The notes: generated by a model from the sequence alone, not told the origin. A stretch of 45,266 nt of DNA from a virus (IMGVR_UViG_2718217897_000001:1-45266); one strand, 5' to 3'. Shown: positions 17,714 through 27,617, counted from the first letter of the stretch. Made by a program: numbers and translations.

Positions 17714-18235
17714 TTATCCTTTAACATGTAGAAATGTGTAGTCTGTTAATTGAATAACTGTAAATTTGATATCTTTAATATCAGTAATAACTGATTTAGA
17801 AATCAATACAAAACCTACGCCGGTGTCATCTTCAGCTTCGTAAAATTTATAACCGATAAGTGACAATACTGGGTTAAAGTTATAGTTCTCGGAAAAGCTG
17901 ATGTAAAATAACAATGATAAATAAAAGAATAACGCATATGCTTTATTTTCAGCAATAGAATCTGTTCCTAGGAGAGGGAATAAATAGCTTAAGAAATAAT
18001 TAGTTACTTCTTTGTTAGCGGGAGAAACTGAACTAATATTTTTTGTCAGAGGTTCAAGTTGTTTCTCAGCATATTGAATCAGGCCTATTGCTAATAACCA
18101 ACTTGCTATGCCAACGCATAAGCTATATTGCATCAGCCAAACCGTATCTTTTACATATCCAATAAAAAATAGAGTTGCGCAAACAGGTGCAATTGAGCTG
18201 GCTGTTAATAATAAGCGTGCTAATTTGTTCATCAT
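17714..18235 (-). CDS. hypothetical multi-pass membrane protein (3-4 predicted TM helices), first gene of the cargo operon
   Basis: 173 aa. Hydrophobic segments at about residues 8-28, 35-55, 78-92 and 99-115. ATG at 18235 with an AAAGGA Shine-Dalgarno. AT-rich. Confidence 0.6.
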   Translation of the reverse strand: MMNKLARLLLTASSIAPVCATLFFIGYVKDTVWLMQYSLCVGIASWLLAIGLIQYAEKQLEPLTKNISSVSPANKEVTNYFLSYLFPLLGTDSIAENKAYALFFYLSLLFYISFSENYNFNPVLSLIGYKFYEAEDDTGVGFVLISKSVITDIKDIKFTVIQLTDYTFLHVKG

Positions 18236-18392
18236 GATATCCTTTGTACTGTTTATGCATACAGCACTTTACATCATGTACTCCAAAGTATCTATCTTGT
18301 GAAGAATCTTACACTAAATACTACAGAAAAAGTTAACGCGTACGCAAAAAGTATTATATCGTGTTAAGAGTGGTTACTTTGCCACACAGCTT

Positions 18393-18418
18393 AAACCCGC
18401 CGTCGAGCGGGTTTTGTC
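18393..18418 (+). terminator. tR'-like terminator after the late promoter (Q antitermination target)
   Basis: aacccgc ... gcgggtt stem followed by a T-run, between Q and the holin gene. Confidence 0.5.
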
Positions 18419-18566
18419 ATTTCTGGGCCTTGGTATTCGTTGGGCTTGGTCTATCTAGTACTTATCCATTGGCTCGGCTTCTTTTACGTTTCCGCTTCTG
18501 GTTTGCGGTTCGTGGTACTCCCTCAATTTGCACCTCCTGTATCGGCGAGGTGAGAGATAACTACAA

Positions 18567-18893
18567 ATGCCTCATAACCCAAATACCTGGCTGGAGTTGG
18601 TCCAGAGCTGGTGGCGTGGAGACACACCACTGGGCGCAGTGATTATGTCGATCGTTATGGCTGGCTTGCGCATTGCCTATTTTGGCGGTGGTGGTGGCTG
18701 GAAGCGAAAAACACTCGAAATTCTACTCTGTGGCGCTCTGACGCTGACTTTTGCATCCGCTCTTGAGTATGTCGGATGGCCTAAATCGCTTTCTGTTGCC
18801 ATTGGTGGTGGGGTGGGGCTGATCGGTGTCGATGCTATTCGTGGGGCTGCAATGAGAGTAATCGGTAATAAGTTTGGTGGCTCTAAGGAGTAA
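18567..18893 (+). CDS. S: holin (lambda S-like)
   Basis: 108 aa, hydrophobic helices and a charged C-terminus. Immediately upstream of the endolysin. Confidence 0.7.
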   Translation: MPHNPNTWLELVQSWWRGDTPLGAVIMSIVMAGLRIAYFGGGGGWKRKTLEILLCGALTLTFASALEYVGWPKSLSVAIGGGVGLIGVDAIRGAAMRVIGNKFGGSKE

Positions 18894-18896
18894 TTT

Positions 18897-19373
18897 ATGC
18901 AGGTACTAAATTCCCAGCGTAAAGCTTTCCTCGATATGGTGGCATGGTCAGAAGGAACGGATAACGGGCGACAACCGACACGTAACCACGGTTATGATGT
19001 TATTGTTGGTGGTGAACTGTTCACTGATTACTCCGATCACCCTCGCAAACTTGTCACGCTAAACCCCAAACTCAAATCAACAGCCGCCGGACGTTACCAG
19101 CTTCTTTCACGCTGGTGGGATGCTTACCGTAAACAGCTTGGCCTGAAAGATTTTTCTCCAGAAAGCCAGGACGCTGTAGCTCTGCAGCAGATTAAAGAGC
19201 GTGGCGCTTTACCGATGATTGACCGTGGCAATATTCGTCAGGCAATCGACCGTTGCAGCAATATTTGGGCTTCATTGCCCGGTGCTGGCTACGGTCAGTA
19301 TGAACACAAGATCGATAGTCTGATTGCCAAATTCAAAGAAGCTGGCGGGGTGGTTAATGAAACTTCGCTATAA
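18897..19373 (+). CDS. R: endolysin, lambda R-type lytic transglycosylase
   Basis: NQRKAFLDMVAWSEGTDNGRQ ... NHGYDVIVGGELFTDYSDHP matches lambda R closely. Confidence 0.9.
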   Translation: MQVLNSQRKAFLDMVAWSEGTDNGRQPTRNHGYDVIVGGELFTDYSDHPRKLVTLNPKLKSTAAGRYQLLSRWWDAYRKQLGLKDFSPESQDAVALQQIKERGALPMIDRGNIRQAIDRCSNIWASLPGAGYGQYEHKIDSLIAKFKEAGGVVNETSL

Positions 19374-19749
19374 GCTGGTTATTTCTGCTTTCCTCCTGAC
19401 TTTATTCGGTTCTCTCGTCTGGTCAGCTAACCACTACCACAGCAAATACCAGCGCGAAAAGAAACGTGCTGATGAGGCTGTACAAAATGCCGAATCGGCA
19501 ACCGCTATTACCAATAACGTCCTGCAATCACTGCAAATCGTCAATACAGTTCTGGAGGCTAACCAGCATGCAAAACAGCAGATCGCACTGGAGTCACAGA
19601 GAACCCAGGCTGATATCAAAGTGGCTGTTGCGGATGATGATTGTGCTGTACGCCCTGTGCCTGCTGCCGCTGCTGACCGGTTGCGGAAGTACGCGAACAG
19701 TTTACGTGAGCATTCCGAAGACTCCACTACCAGTCAGCTTGACTTCTGA
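19357..19749 (+). CDS. Rz: i-spanin (Rz)
   Basis: N-terminal TM helix and coiled-coil-like remainder. ATG at 19357. Confidence 0.7.
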   Translation: MKLRYKLVISAFLLTLFGSLVWSANHYHSKYQREKKRADEAVQNAESATAITNNVLQSLQIVNTVLEANQHAKQQIALESQRTQADIKVAVADDDCAVRPVPAAAADRLRKYANSLREHSEDSTTSQLDF

Positions 19750-19882
19750 TACACCTGTACCGTTTATACCCAACCCACTGACGTATGGTGCAAGTCTTGA
19801 TTTGAATGTAAGTTTGTTATCCGCGTTGGCTCAATGTAATAGGGATAAGTCAGATATCAGAATCATTGATAATCAAAATTGA
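19634..19882 (+). CDS. Rz1: o-spanin lipoprotein (Rz1), +1 frame, overlapping and extending beyond Rz
   Basis: Lipobox LLTGC after ATG at 19634. Pro-rich mature region. Confidence 0.55.
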   Translation: MMIVLYALCLLPLLTGCGSTRTVYVSIPKTPLPVSLTSDTPVPFIPNPLTYGASLDLNVSLLSALAQCNRDKSDIRIIDNQN

Positions 19883-20086
19883 TGTATATTTTTATCGTCA
19901 TGTAGATAACGAACAAGGTATTCCTCTGATACGTATTCGTTGAATACAGGTCATGGGTAGGCATTGCAATATCGCTTCGAAATTATCTGTGATAATGCTC
20001 TTAATTTTGAATGTATGTATTTGGGAAAAGAGATAAAGTAATAGTCTAATTAATGGAGATATCCACAAAACACAAAAGGGATTATT

Positions 20087-20593
20087 ATGAGACCAGATCA
20101 ATTTTTCTATCCAGATACTTTTACCTTTAATTCATCCACCTATTATGGTCAACGTGACTCATCTAAAGGCCGATTGTATATTCCTATTGAAAGTGACTTA
20201 TGCCCATTTAATATCGGCGATATCATTGTGCAAAAAATGGTCGACAGGGAAAGGCTATTTGAAGTGCTTGATTACGAGGTGCAAATTAGTCTCGAGGTTG
20301 GTTGCCCTGGCTACTCACATTTGGCGGTATTGATAGTGAAGGCATTGGATGTAAAAGAGAAGCCGAAGCAGATTACGACCCATTTGACGTTTAACGGTGC
20401 TATTAATGCTGGTGGTGATTTTCAAGCCGGTAATGATAATTCGATCACAAAGAATATAACCATTCAACAACTACATGATGCTATAGAGCATTGCAATGAT
20501 CCAGAGGTTAAAAGCCTTTGGCAAAAGCTATTGGAAAATCCGACGTTTGCTTCAATTGCTTCAATATTGGCAAAAAGTGCTTTAGGACAGTAA
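20087..20593 (+). CDS. hypothetical protein (self-contained cargo gene)
   Basis: 168-aa ORF after a ~200-bp AT-rich spacer, with its own Shine-Dalgarno, followed by a hairpin terminator. Confidence 0.5.
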   Translation: MRPDQFFYPDTFTFNSSTYYGQRDSSKGRLYIPIESDLCPFNIGDIIVQKMVDRERLFEVLDYEVQISLEVGCPGYSHLAVLIVKALDVKEKPKQITTHLTFNGAINAGGDFQAGNDNSITKNITIQQLHDAIEHCNDPEVKSLWQKLLENPTFASIASILAKSALGQ

Positions 20594-20600
20594 TTCATCA

Positions 20601-20626
20601 AGCCCCATTCAATATGGGGTTTTTAT
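20601..20626 (+). terminator. rho-independent terminator
   Basis: ccccat tcaat atgggg stem-loop followed by TTTTT. Confidence 0.6.
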
Positions 20627-20650
20627 GCTTATTACAAAGAGTTTTCTTCA

Positions 20651-21001
20651 ATGCCACCACGAATCCCAAAATCCTGCCGCGTTCGCGGCTGCCGCCATAC
20701 CACTACTGACCCGTCAGGCTACTGCGAAAGCCACAAAAGCGAAGGCTGGAAGCAATACAAGCCAGGACAATCCCGTCATCAGCGCGGCTACGGTTCGAAA
20801 TGGGATGCTATCCGTGAACGTGTACTGAAACGTGACAAAGGTTTATGTCAGTTATGTCTGCGTGCCGGTGTGGTGCGTGAAGCGAAAACCGTTGACCACA
20901 TCATCCCTAAAGCGCATGGCGGCACTGATGCCGACTGTAATCTGCAGAGTCTGTGCTGGCCGTGTCATAAGGCGAAGACGGCCCGTGAACGGTTGAAGTG
21001 A
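20651..21001 (+). CDS. HNH endonuclease (terminase-associated)
   Basis: Cys/His zinc-binding pattern (CQLC ... DHIIPKAHGG ... CWPCH). Immediately upstream of the terminase genes. Confidence 0.8.
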   Translation: MPPRIPKSCRVRGCRHTTTDPSGYCESHKSEGWKQYKPGQSRHQRGYGSKWDAIRERVLKRDKGLCQLCLRAGVVREAKTVDHIIPKAHGGTDADCNLQSLCWPCHKAKTARERLK

Positions 21002-21027
21002 TAATGATTCTCAACTTCCTGAGGGGA

Positions 21028-21088
21028 GGGGCGGGTCAAATCCCTGCGGCCTGACGTCTTCCGGACTGCCCGCCCCATCGTTTTTTTA
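21028..21088 (+). other. GC-rich hairpin or candidate cos/packaging region between HNH and terS
   Basis: ggggcggg ... cccgcccc inverted repeat followed by a T-run. Confidence 0.25.
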
Positions 21089-21126
21089 TACCCGCGAAAA
21101 ATGAAATTTAACCAGGAGTGCCGCAT

Positions 21127-21621
21127 ATGGCTGGAACGGCGGGGCGTTCCGGGTGTCGCCCCAAGCCAACGGCGCGCAAGGCGCTGGCCGGAAACCCCGG
21201 CAAGCGAGCCCTGAACAAAGATGAACCTGTTTTTACGCCCATCAAAGGTGTTGAGCCACCGGAGTGGTTCGCTGAAGAAGAGCTCCCTCTCGCCACGATC
21301 ATGTGGCAACTGACAACCAAAGAACTCTGCGGTCAGGGCCTGCTGTGCGTGACTGACCTCGCAGTGCTTGAGCGGTGGTGCGTGGCCTATGAGTTCTGGC
21401 GACGTGCTGTGAAAAATATTGCCAGACAGGGCAACACCATCACCGGTGCAATGGGCGGCATGGTCAAAAATCCGGAGCTGACCGCCAAAAAAGAACAGGA
21501 GTCCGAGATGAGCAGTACGGGGGCAATGCTCGGACTCGACCCCAGCAGCCGCCAGCGTCTGATTGGCCTGGCGGGGCAGAAGAAAGCCACTAACCCGTTT
21601 CTGAAAATTATCGAATCATGA
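21127..21621 (+). CDS. terminase small subunit
   Basis: ATG at 21127 after AGGAG. Sits between HNH and the large terminase. Confidence 0.65.
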   Translation: MAGTAGRSGCRPKPTARKALAGNPGKRALNKDEPVFTPIKGVEPPEWFAEEELPLATIMWQLTTKELCGQGLLCVTDLAVLERWCVAYEFWRRAVKNIARQGNTITGAMGGMVKNPELTAKKEQESEMSSTGAMLGLDPSSRQRLIGLAGQKKATNPFLKIIES

Positions 21622-23351
21622 GCCGGAAATCTTACCCCAACGTAAATGCTGCAAATCAGTATGCCCGGGATGTCGTGCGCGGAAAGATTGTTGCCTGCCA
21701 GTTTGTGATTCAGGCCTGCCAGCGCCATCTTGATGACCTGATGGCGGAAAAAAGTAAGTCGTTTCGTTACCGCTTCGACAAGGACCTGGCTGAACGGGCC
21801 GCGAAATTTATTCAGCTGTTGCCGCACACCAAGGGTGAGTGGGCATTTAAGAGGATGCCCATCACGCTGGAGCCGTGGCAGCTCTTTGTGATCTGCTGCG
21901 CGTTTGGCTGGGTCAATAAAGGCTCCCGGCTGCGCCGCTTCCGTGAGGTGTATACCGAAATCCCCCGTAAGAACGGCAAATCGGCAATCTCTGCCGGTGT
22001 CGCCCTGTATTGTTTTGCCTGTGATAACGAGTTCGGCGCGGAAGTGTATTCCGGTGCCACGACGGAGAAACAGGCATGGGAAGTCTTTCGTCCGGCAAGA
22101 CTGATGTGTAAACGCACACCCATGCTGATGGAAGCGTTCGGGATTGAGGTTAACGCCTCAAACATGAACCGTCCGGAGGATGGTGCGCGTTTTGAACCGC
22201 TGATCGGTAACCCCGGTGATGGTTCATCACCCCACTGTGCGGTGGTGGATGAATATCACGAGCACGCCACAGATGCGCTTTACACCACGATGCTTACCGG
22301 GATGGGGGCGCGACGTCAGCCACTGATGTGGGCTATCACTACCGCCGGGTACAACATTGAGGGGCCGTGCTACGACAAACGGCGGGAAGTCATCGAGATG
22401 CTCAACGGCTCGGTGCCTAACGATGAACTGTTCGGGATCATCTATACCGTTGATGAAGGTGACGACTGGACCGACCCGCAGGTGCTGGAAAAAGCCAATC
22501 CAAATATTGGCGTGTCGGTTTATCGCGAATTTTTGTTAAGTCAGCAGCAGCGTGCGAAAAATAACGCCCGTCTGGCAAACGTCTTTAAAACAAAACACCT
22601 CAATATCTGGGTGTCGGCGCGTTCGGCGTATTTCAACCTGGTGAGCTGGCAGAGCTGCGAGGATAAATCACTGACCCTTGAGCAGTTCGAGGGGCAGCCG
22701 TGCATTCTGGCCTTTGACCTGGCGCGTAAACTGGATATGAACAGCATGGCGCGACTTTATACCCGCGAGATTGACGGTAAAACGCATTACTACAGTGTGG
22801 CCCCGCGTTTCTGGGTACCGTATGACACGGTGTACAGCGTCGAGAAAAATGAAGATCGACGGACAGCCGAACGCTTTCAGAAATGGGTGGAAATGGGCGT
22901 TCTGACCGTTACCGATGGTGCGGAGGTGGATTATCGCTACATCCTCGAGGAGGCCAAAGCGGCGAACAAAATCAGTCCGGTCAGTGAGTCACCCATCGAC
23001 CCCTTCGGGGCGACCGGGTTGTCACATGACCTTGCTGATGAAGACCTGAACCCCATCACTATCATTCAGAACTACACCAACATGTCCGACCCGATGAAAG
23101 AGCTGGAAGCGGCAATTGAATCGGGGCGCTTTCATCATGATGGCAATCCCATCATGACCTGGTGTATCGGCAACGTGGTCGGCAAAACCATTCCGGGTAA
23201 CGATGATGTGGTGAAGCCCGTCAAAGAGCAGGCGGAAAACAAAATTGACGGTGCAGTTGCGCTGATTATGGCGGTTGGCAGAGCCATGCTGTACGAGAAA
23301 GAAGACACGCTGTCTGACCACATTGAGTCCTATGGGATCCGCTCGCTTTAA
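21618..23351 (+). CDS. terminase large subunit
   Basis: 577 aa. ATPase-like N-terminus and nuclease-like C-terminus. Directly upstream of portal. Confidence 0.85.
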
Positions 23352-23362
23352 CTGAGGTAATT

Positions 23363-23545
23363 ATGATCATGCTGATTCTCGCGCCTCTGGTGGGCGTGCT
23401 GGGGGCGCTTTTGCTGGCGTATGGTGCCTGGCTGATTTATCCCCCGGCGGGGTTTGTTGTTGCCGGGGCGTTGTGCCTGTTCTGGTCGTGGCTGGTGGCG
23501 CGATATCTCGACCGTACACAGTCGTCTGTCGGCGGAGGTAAATAG
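23363..23545 (+). CDS. small hydrophobic protein
   Basis: 60-aa ORF with two hydrophobic segments. Confidence 0.35.
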
Positions 23546-24786
23546 TGTTCTTTTCGGGATTATTTCAACGAAAAAGTGACGCACCGGTGACCACGCCAGC
23601 AGAGCTGGCGGATGCTATCGGGTTGTCCTACGACACCTATACCGGAAAGCAGATCAGCAGCCAGCGGGCTATGCGACTGACGGCGGTTTTTTCCTGTGTC
23701 AGGGTGCTGGCGGAGTCGGTCGGGATGTTGCCCTGCAACCTGTATCACCTGAACGGCAGCCTGAAGCAGAGAGCCACTAGCGAACGTCTGCATAAGCTGA
23801 TCTCCACGCATCCCAATGGCTATATGACGCCGCAGGAGTTCTGGGAGCTGGTGGTCACCTGTCTGTGCCTGCGGGGAAACTTTTACGCCTACAAAGTGAA
23901 AGCATTTGGCGAAGTGGCTGAACTGCTGCCCGTCGATCCCGGTTGTGTGGTACCGAAGCTTAACAGTCGCTGGGAACCGGTTTACCAGGTCACATTCCCG
24001 GACGGCTCCACGGATGTACTGAGCCAGGAAGATATCTGGCATGTGCGCACGCTGACGCTGGACGGTCTGGTGGGACTGAATCCCGTCGCCTATGCCCGCG
24101 AGGCAATATCGCTGGCAGCTGCGACCGAAGAGCACGGGGCCAGACTGTTCAGCAATGGCGCGGTGACGTCGGGTGTGTTGCGTACAGAACAGACGCTGTC
24201 GGATCAGGCTTATGAGCGCCTGAAGAAAGATTTTGAGGAGCGTCACACCGGGCTTGGCAATGCTCACCGCCCGATGATCCTTGAGATGGGGCTGGACTGG
24301 AAGTCGATGGCGCTGAACGCCGAGGACAGCCAGTTCCTGGAAACCCGCAAGTTTCAGCTTGAAGAAATCTGTCGTCTGTTCCGGGTACCGTTGCACATGG
24401 TGCAGAACACCGATCGCGCCACCTTCAACAATATCGAAGAACTGGGGCTCGGATTTATCAACTATTCACTGGTGCCGTATCTGACCCGCATCGAACAGCG
24501 GATCAACACCGGACTGGTACGAAAAAGTAAGCAGGGCGTTTATTACGCCAAATTTAACGCCGGGGCGTTACTGCGCGGGGATATGAAGTCCCGTTTTGAA
24601 GCCTACGCCACCGGGATTAACTGGGGAATTTACTCTCCCAATGACTGCCGCGACCTGGAAGATATGAATCCGCGTCCCGGTGGGGATGTCTATCTCACAC
24701 CAATGAACATGACCACGAAACCCTCCGATGGCAGTAAAGCCGGTAAGCAGAAGGATAACGCTAATGCAGACGAAACAACGTCTTGA
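23545..24786 (+). CDS. portal protein (HK97 type)
   Basis: 413 aa, GTG start. Order terminase, portal, protease, capsid. Confidence 0.8.
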   Translation: MFFSGLFQRKSDAPVTTPAELADAIGLSYDTYTGKQISSQRAMRLTAVFSCVRVLAESVGMLPCNLYHLNGSLKQRATSERLHKLISTHPNGYMTPQEFWELVVTCLCLRGNFYAYKVKAFGEVAELLPVDPGCVVPKLNSRWEPVYQVTFPDGSTDVLSQEDIWHVRTLTLDGLVGLNPVAYAREAISLAAATEEHGARLFSNGAVTSGVLRTEQTLSDQAYERLKKDFEERHTGLGNAHRPMILEMGLDWKSMALNAEDSQFLETRKFQLEEICRLFRVPLHMVQNTDRATFNNIEELGLGFINYSLVPYLTRIEQRINTGLVRKSKQGVYYAKFNAGALLRGDMKSRFEAYATGINWGIYSPNDCRDLEDMNPRPGGDVYLTPMNMTTKPSDGSKAGKQKDNANADETTS

Positions 24787-25414
24787 TGTACCGCTGAGTC
24801 TGAAATCTGTCAGTGACTCCGGTGAGTTTGAAGGGTATGGCTCCGTCTTTGGTGTAAAGGACAGCCACGATGATGTGGTGATGTCCGGGGCATTTGCTGC
24901 TTCCCTGCGGGCGTGGAGTGACAGAAAAGCGTTACCTGCGCTGCTCTGGCAGCACCGCATGGATGAGCCCATCGGTGTTTACACCGAAATGAAGGAAGAC
25001 GATGTCGGGCTTTACGTCAGGGGGCGGTTGCTCATTGATGATGATCCCCTGGCAAAACGCGCACATGCACACATGAAGGCCGGTTCGTTAACCGGCCTTT
25101 CTATTGGGTACGTCCTGAAAGACTGGGAATACGACCGGAGCAAAGAAGCCTTTCTGCTGAAAGAAATCGACCTCTGGGAAGTCAGTCTGGTGACGTTCCC
25201 GTCTAACGACGAGGCGCGGATCAGCGACGTCAAGAACTCGCTGGCCCGCGGGGAAATCCCCGAACAAAAAAAAATCGAAAGAGTCCTGCGTGATGTCGGA
25301 CTCTCCCGTACCCAGGCCAAAGCATTCATGGCCGGGGGCTATGGCGCACTGTCCCTGCGCGACGCTGAGGATGTGGGCTCTGCACTGAATGCACTGAAAA
25401 ATCTGAACTTCTAA
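24764..25414 (+). CDS. prohead protease (HK97 type)
   Basis: ATG at 24764 with AAGGA upstream. Positioned between portal and capsid. Confidence 0.75.
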   Translation: MQTKQRLDVPLSLKSVSDSGEFEGYGSVFGVKDSHDDVVMSGAFAASLRAWSDRKALPALLWQHRMDEPIGVYTEMKEDDVGLYVRGRLLIDDDPLAKRAHAHMKAGSLTGLSIGYVLKDWEYDRSKEAFLLKEIDLWEVSLVTFPSNDEARISDVKNSLARGEIPEQKKIERVLRDVGLSRTQAKAFMAGGYGALSLRDAEDVGSALNALKNLNF

Positions 25415-25428
25415 TCAGGAGAAATACG

Positions 25429-26634
25429 ATGGCGGTTGATATTAAAGATGTCGAACAGGTCGCGCAGGAGCTGCAGCAGAAGTTTGACGACTTCAAAGCA
25501 AAGAACGACAAGCGCGTGGATGCGATTGAGCAGGAAAAAGGCAAGCTTGCCGGGCAGGTGGAAACCCTGAACGGGAAACTCAGCGAGCTGGAAAATCTCA
25601 AAAGCGACCTTGAAAAAGAGCTGCTTGAGCTGAAACGTCCGGCAGGTGGAGCGCAAAATAAACTGGCCACCGAGCATAAAGAGGCGTTTGTGGGCTTCCT
25701 GCGTAAAGGCCGTGAAGACGGTCTGCGCGATCTGGAGCGTAAGGCATTGCAGGTGGGTACCGATGAAGACGGTGGCTACGCTGTGCCGGAAGAACTGGAT
25801 CGCAACATTCTTAACCTGCTGAAAGATGAAGTGGTGATGCGTCAGGAAGCCACGGTGATCACCGTTGGCGGTTCCGACTACAAAAAACTGGTGAATCTGG
25901 GCGGTACGGCTTCCGGATGGGTGGGGGAAACGGATACGCGATCCCAGACTGCCACCTCCAGACTGGAGCTGATTGAACCTCTCATGGGGGAAATCTACGG
26001 CAACCCGCAGGCCACCCAGAAAATGCTGGACGATGCCTTCTTCAACGTGGAGGCCTGGATCAACAGCGAGCTGGCAACCGAATTTGCCGAACAGGAAGAA
26101 ATTGCCTTTACCTCAGGCGATGGCACCAAGAAGCCGAAAGGGTTCCTGGCGTATGAATCCACTGATGAAACCGACAAGGTCCGGGCGTTCGGCAAACTTC
26201 AGCATATTGTATCCGGCGAAGCGACCGCGGTGACCGCAGACGCCATTATCAAACTGATTTACACGCTGCGTAAGGCACACCGCACTGGCGCGAAGTTCAT
26301 GATGAACAACAACAGCCTGTTTGCCATCCGTCTGCTGAAAGACAGCGAGGGTAACTATCTGTGGCGTCCGGGGCTGGAACTGGGGCAGCCGTCCTCTCTG
26401 GCGGGTTACGGTATCGCTGAAAACGAACAGATGCCGGATATCGCCGCTGATGCGAAAGCCATTGCATTTGGTAACTTCAAACGGGGTTACACCATCGTTG
26501 ACCGTATCGGCACCCGCATTCTGCGTGACCCGTACACCAATAAACCGTTTGTCGGTTTTTATACCACCAAGCGCACCGGCGGGATGCTGGTCGATTCGCA
26601 GGCCATCAAACTGCTGAAGATTGCAGCGGCGTAA
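25429..26634 (+). CDS. major capsid protein (HK97 fold)
   Basis: 401 aa, follows the protease. N-terminal coiled-coil scaffold-like delta region. Confidence 0.85.
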   Translation: MAVDIKDVEQVAQELQQKFDDFKAKNDKRVDAIEQEKGKLAGQVETLNGKLSELENLKSDLEKELLELKRPAGGAQNKLATEHKEAFVGFLRKGREDGLRDLERKALQVGTDEDGGYAVPEELDRNILNLLKDEVVMRQEATVITVGGSDYKKLVNLGGTASGWVGETDTRSQTATSRLELIEPLMGEIYGNPQATQKMLDDAFFNVEAWINSELATEFAEQEEIAFTSGDGTKKPKGFLAYESTDETDKVRAFGKLQHIVSGEATAVTADAIIKLIYTLRKAHRTGAKFMMNNNSLFAIRLLKDSEGNYLWRPGLELGQPSSLAGYGIAENEQMPDIAADAKAIAFGNFKRGYTIVDRIGTRILRDPYTNKPFVGFYTTKRTGGMLVDSQAIKLLKIAAA

Positions 26635-26683
26635 TCACTCAGGGGCGCGGAACCACGCCCCCTGTTCTGACGGGTGAAGAATC

Positions 26684-26884
26684 ATGATCCTGAAACAAGA
26701 TCTGAAATGGTCACCGGACGGTATGCGTGTTGAGGTCATTCGGGCCGGTGAGTATGACGACGGGGCGCTTCCTGCCCGGGTGCAGGAGATTGCACTTCAG
26801 GCCGGGTTAGCAGAGCGCGGAACCAGTGCAAAAAGCAGTAAAGCGACAAAAGAGAAAAAAGCCACGACCAGTAAAGAGGGCTGA
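26684..26884 (+). CDS. hypothetical small head-module protein
   Basis: 66-aa ORF with a Lys/Thr-rich tail. Confidence 0.35.
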   Translation: MILKQDLKWSPDGMRVEVIRAGEYDDGALPARVQEIALQAGLAERGTSAKSSKATKEKKATTSKEG

Positions 26885-26886
26885 GT

Positions 26887-27210
26887 ATGCTTCTGACAAT
26901 GGAAGAGATTAAAGCCCAACTCCGGCTGGATGAGGATTTCGATGCTGATGACCGCCATCTGCAACTGCTGGCCTGTGCGGCGCAAAAGCGGACGGAAACG
27001 TATCTGAACCGGAAGCTCTATGCACCGGATGAAACCATTCCGGACAGCGACCCGGACGGACTGCACCTGCCGGATGATATTCGTCTGGGGATGCTGATGC
27101 TTATCAGCCATTTTTACGAAAACCGCTCGTCGGTTACGGAAGTGGAGAAACTCGACATGCCGCAGAGTTTTGGCTGGCTTGTCGGCCCGTACAGGTACTT
27201 TCCGCAATGA
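26887..27210 (+). CDS. head-tail connector (gp6-like)
   Basis: Position and size. LTMEEIKAQLRLD motif typical of this family. Confidence 0.65.
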   Translation: MLLTMEEIKAQLRLDEDFDADDRHLQLLACAAQKRTETYLNRKLYAPDETIPDSDPDGLHLPDDIRLGMLMLISHFYENRSSVTEVEKLDMPQSFGWLVGPYRYFPQ

Positions 27211-27617
27211 AAATTCGTCAGGCGCAGACCAGCGCAACCTACATTCTGCCGGACCCCGGTGAACTGAATAAACGCGTCCTGATCCGCCTGCGGGTGGATA
27301 TGCCCGCGGATAACTTTGGCGTGGAGCCTCAATACCCGGTTACGTTCCGGACATGGGCGAAGGTTATCCAGACCAGTGCCACCACCTGGCAGGAAACCGC
27401 GCAGACCGGGGACGCCATCACCCATTACATCACCATTCGTTACCGCCGGGGGATCACCGCTGATTATGAGGTGGTCTGCGGTGACAGTGTGTACCGGGTG
27501 AAACGTCAGCGCGATCTGAACGGGGCGCGGCGCTTTCTGCTGCTGGAGTGTACGGAGCTGGGCGAATGTAGGCAGAGTCACGGAGGCAGCAATGGCGACT
27601 CCCTTTTTTCACGTTGA
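27207..27617 (+). CDS. head closure / head-tail adaptor protein
   Basis: Position and size, overlapping start. Confidence 0.55.
   Translation: MKIRQAQTSATYILPDPGELNKRVLIRLRVDMPADNFGVEPQYPVTFRTWAKVIQTSATTWQETAQTGDAITHYITIRYRRGITADYEVVCGDSVYRVKRQRDLNGARRFLLLECTELGECRQSHGGSNGDSLFSR

Noticed and set aside
16824-18235. Shiga-toxin-like or porin moron at the Q-lysis site
   Set aside because: Neither product has a signal peptide plus an A/B-subunit or beta-barrel-like sequence pattern. One is an inner-membrane-type helical protein and the genes are on the opposite strand, so a toxin or porin call is not supported.
23560-24396. 278-aa minus-strand ORF inside the portal gene
   Set aside because: Antisense to a well-supported structural gene and Arg/Gln-rich with no motifs. 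Typical shadow ORF in GC-rich phage DNA.
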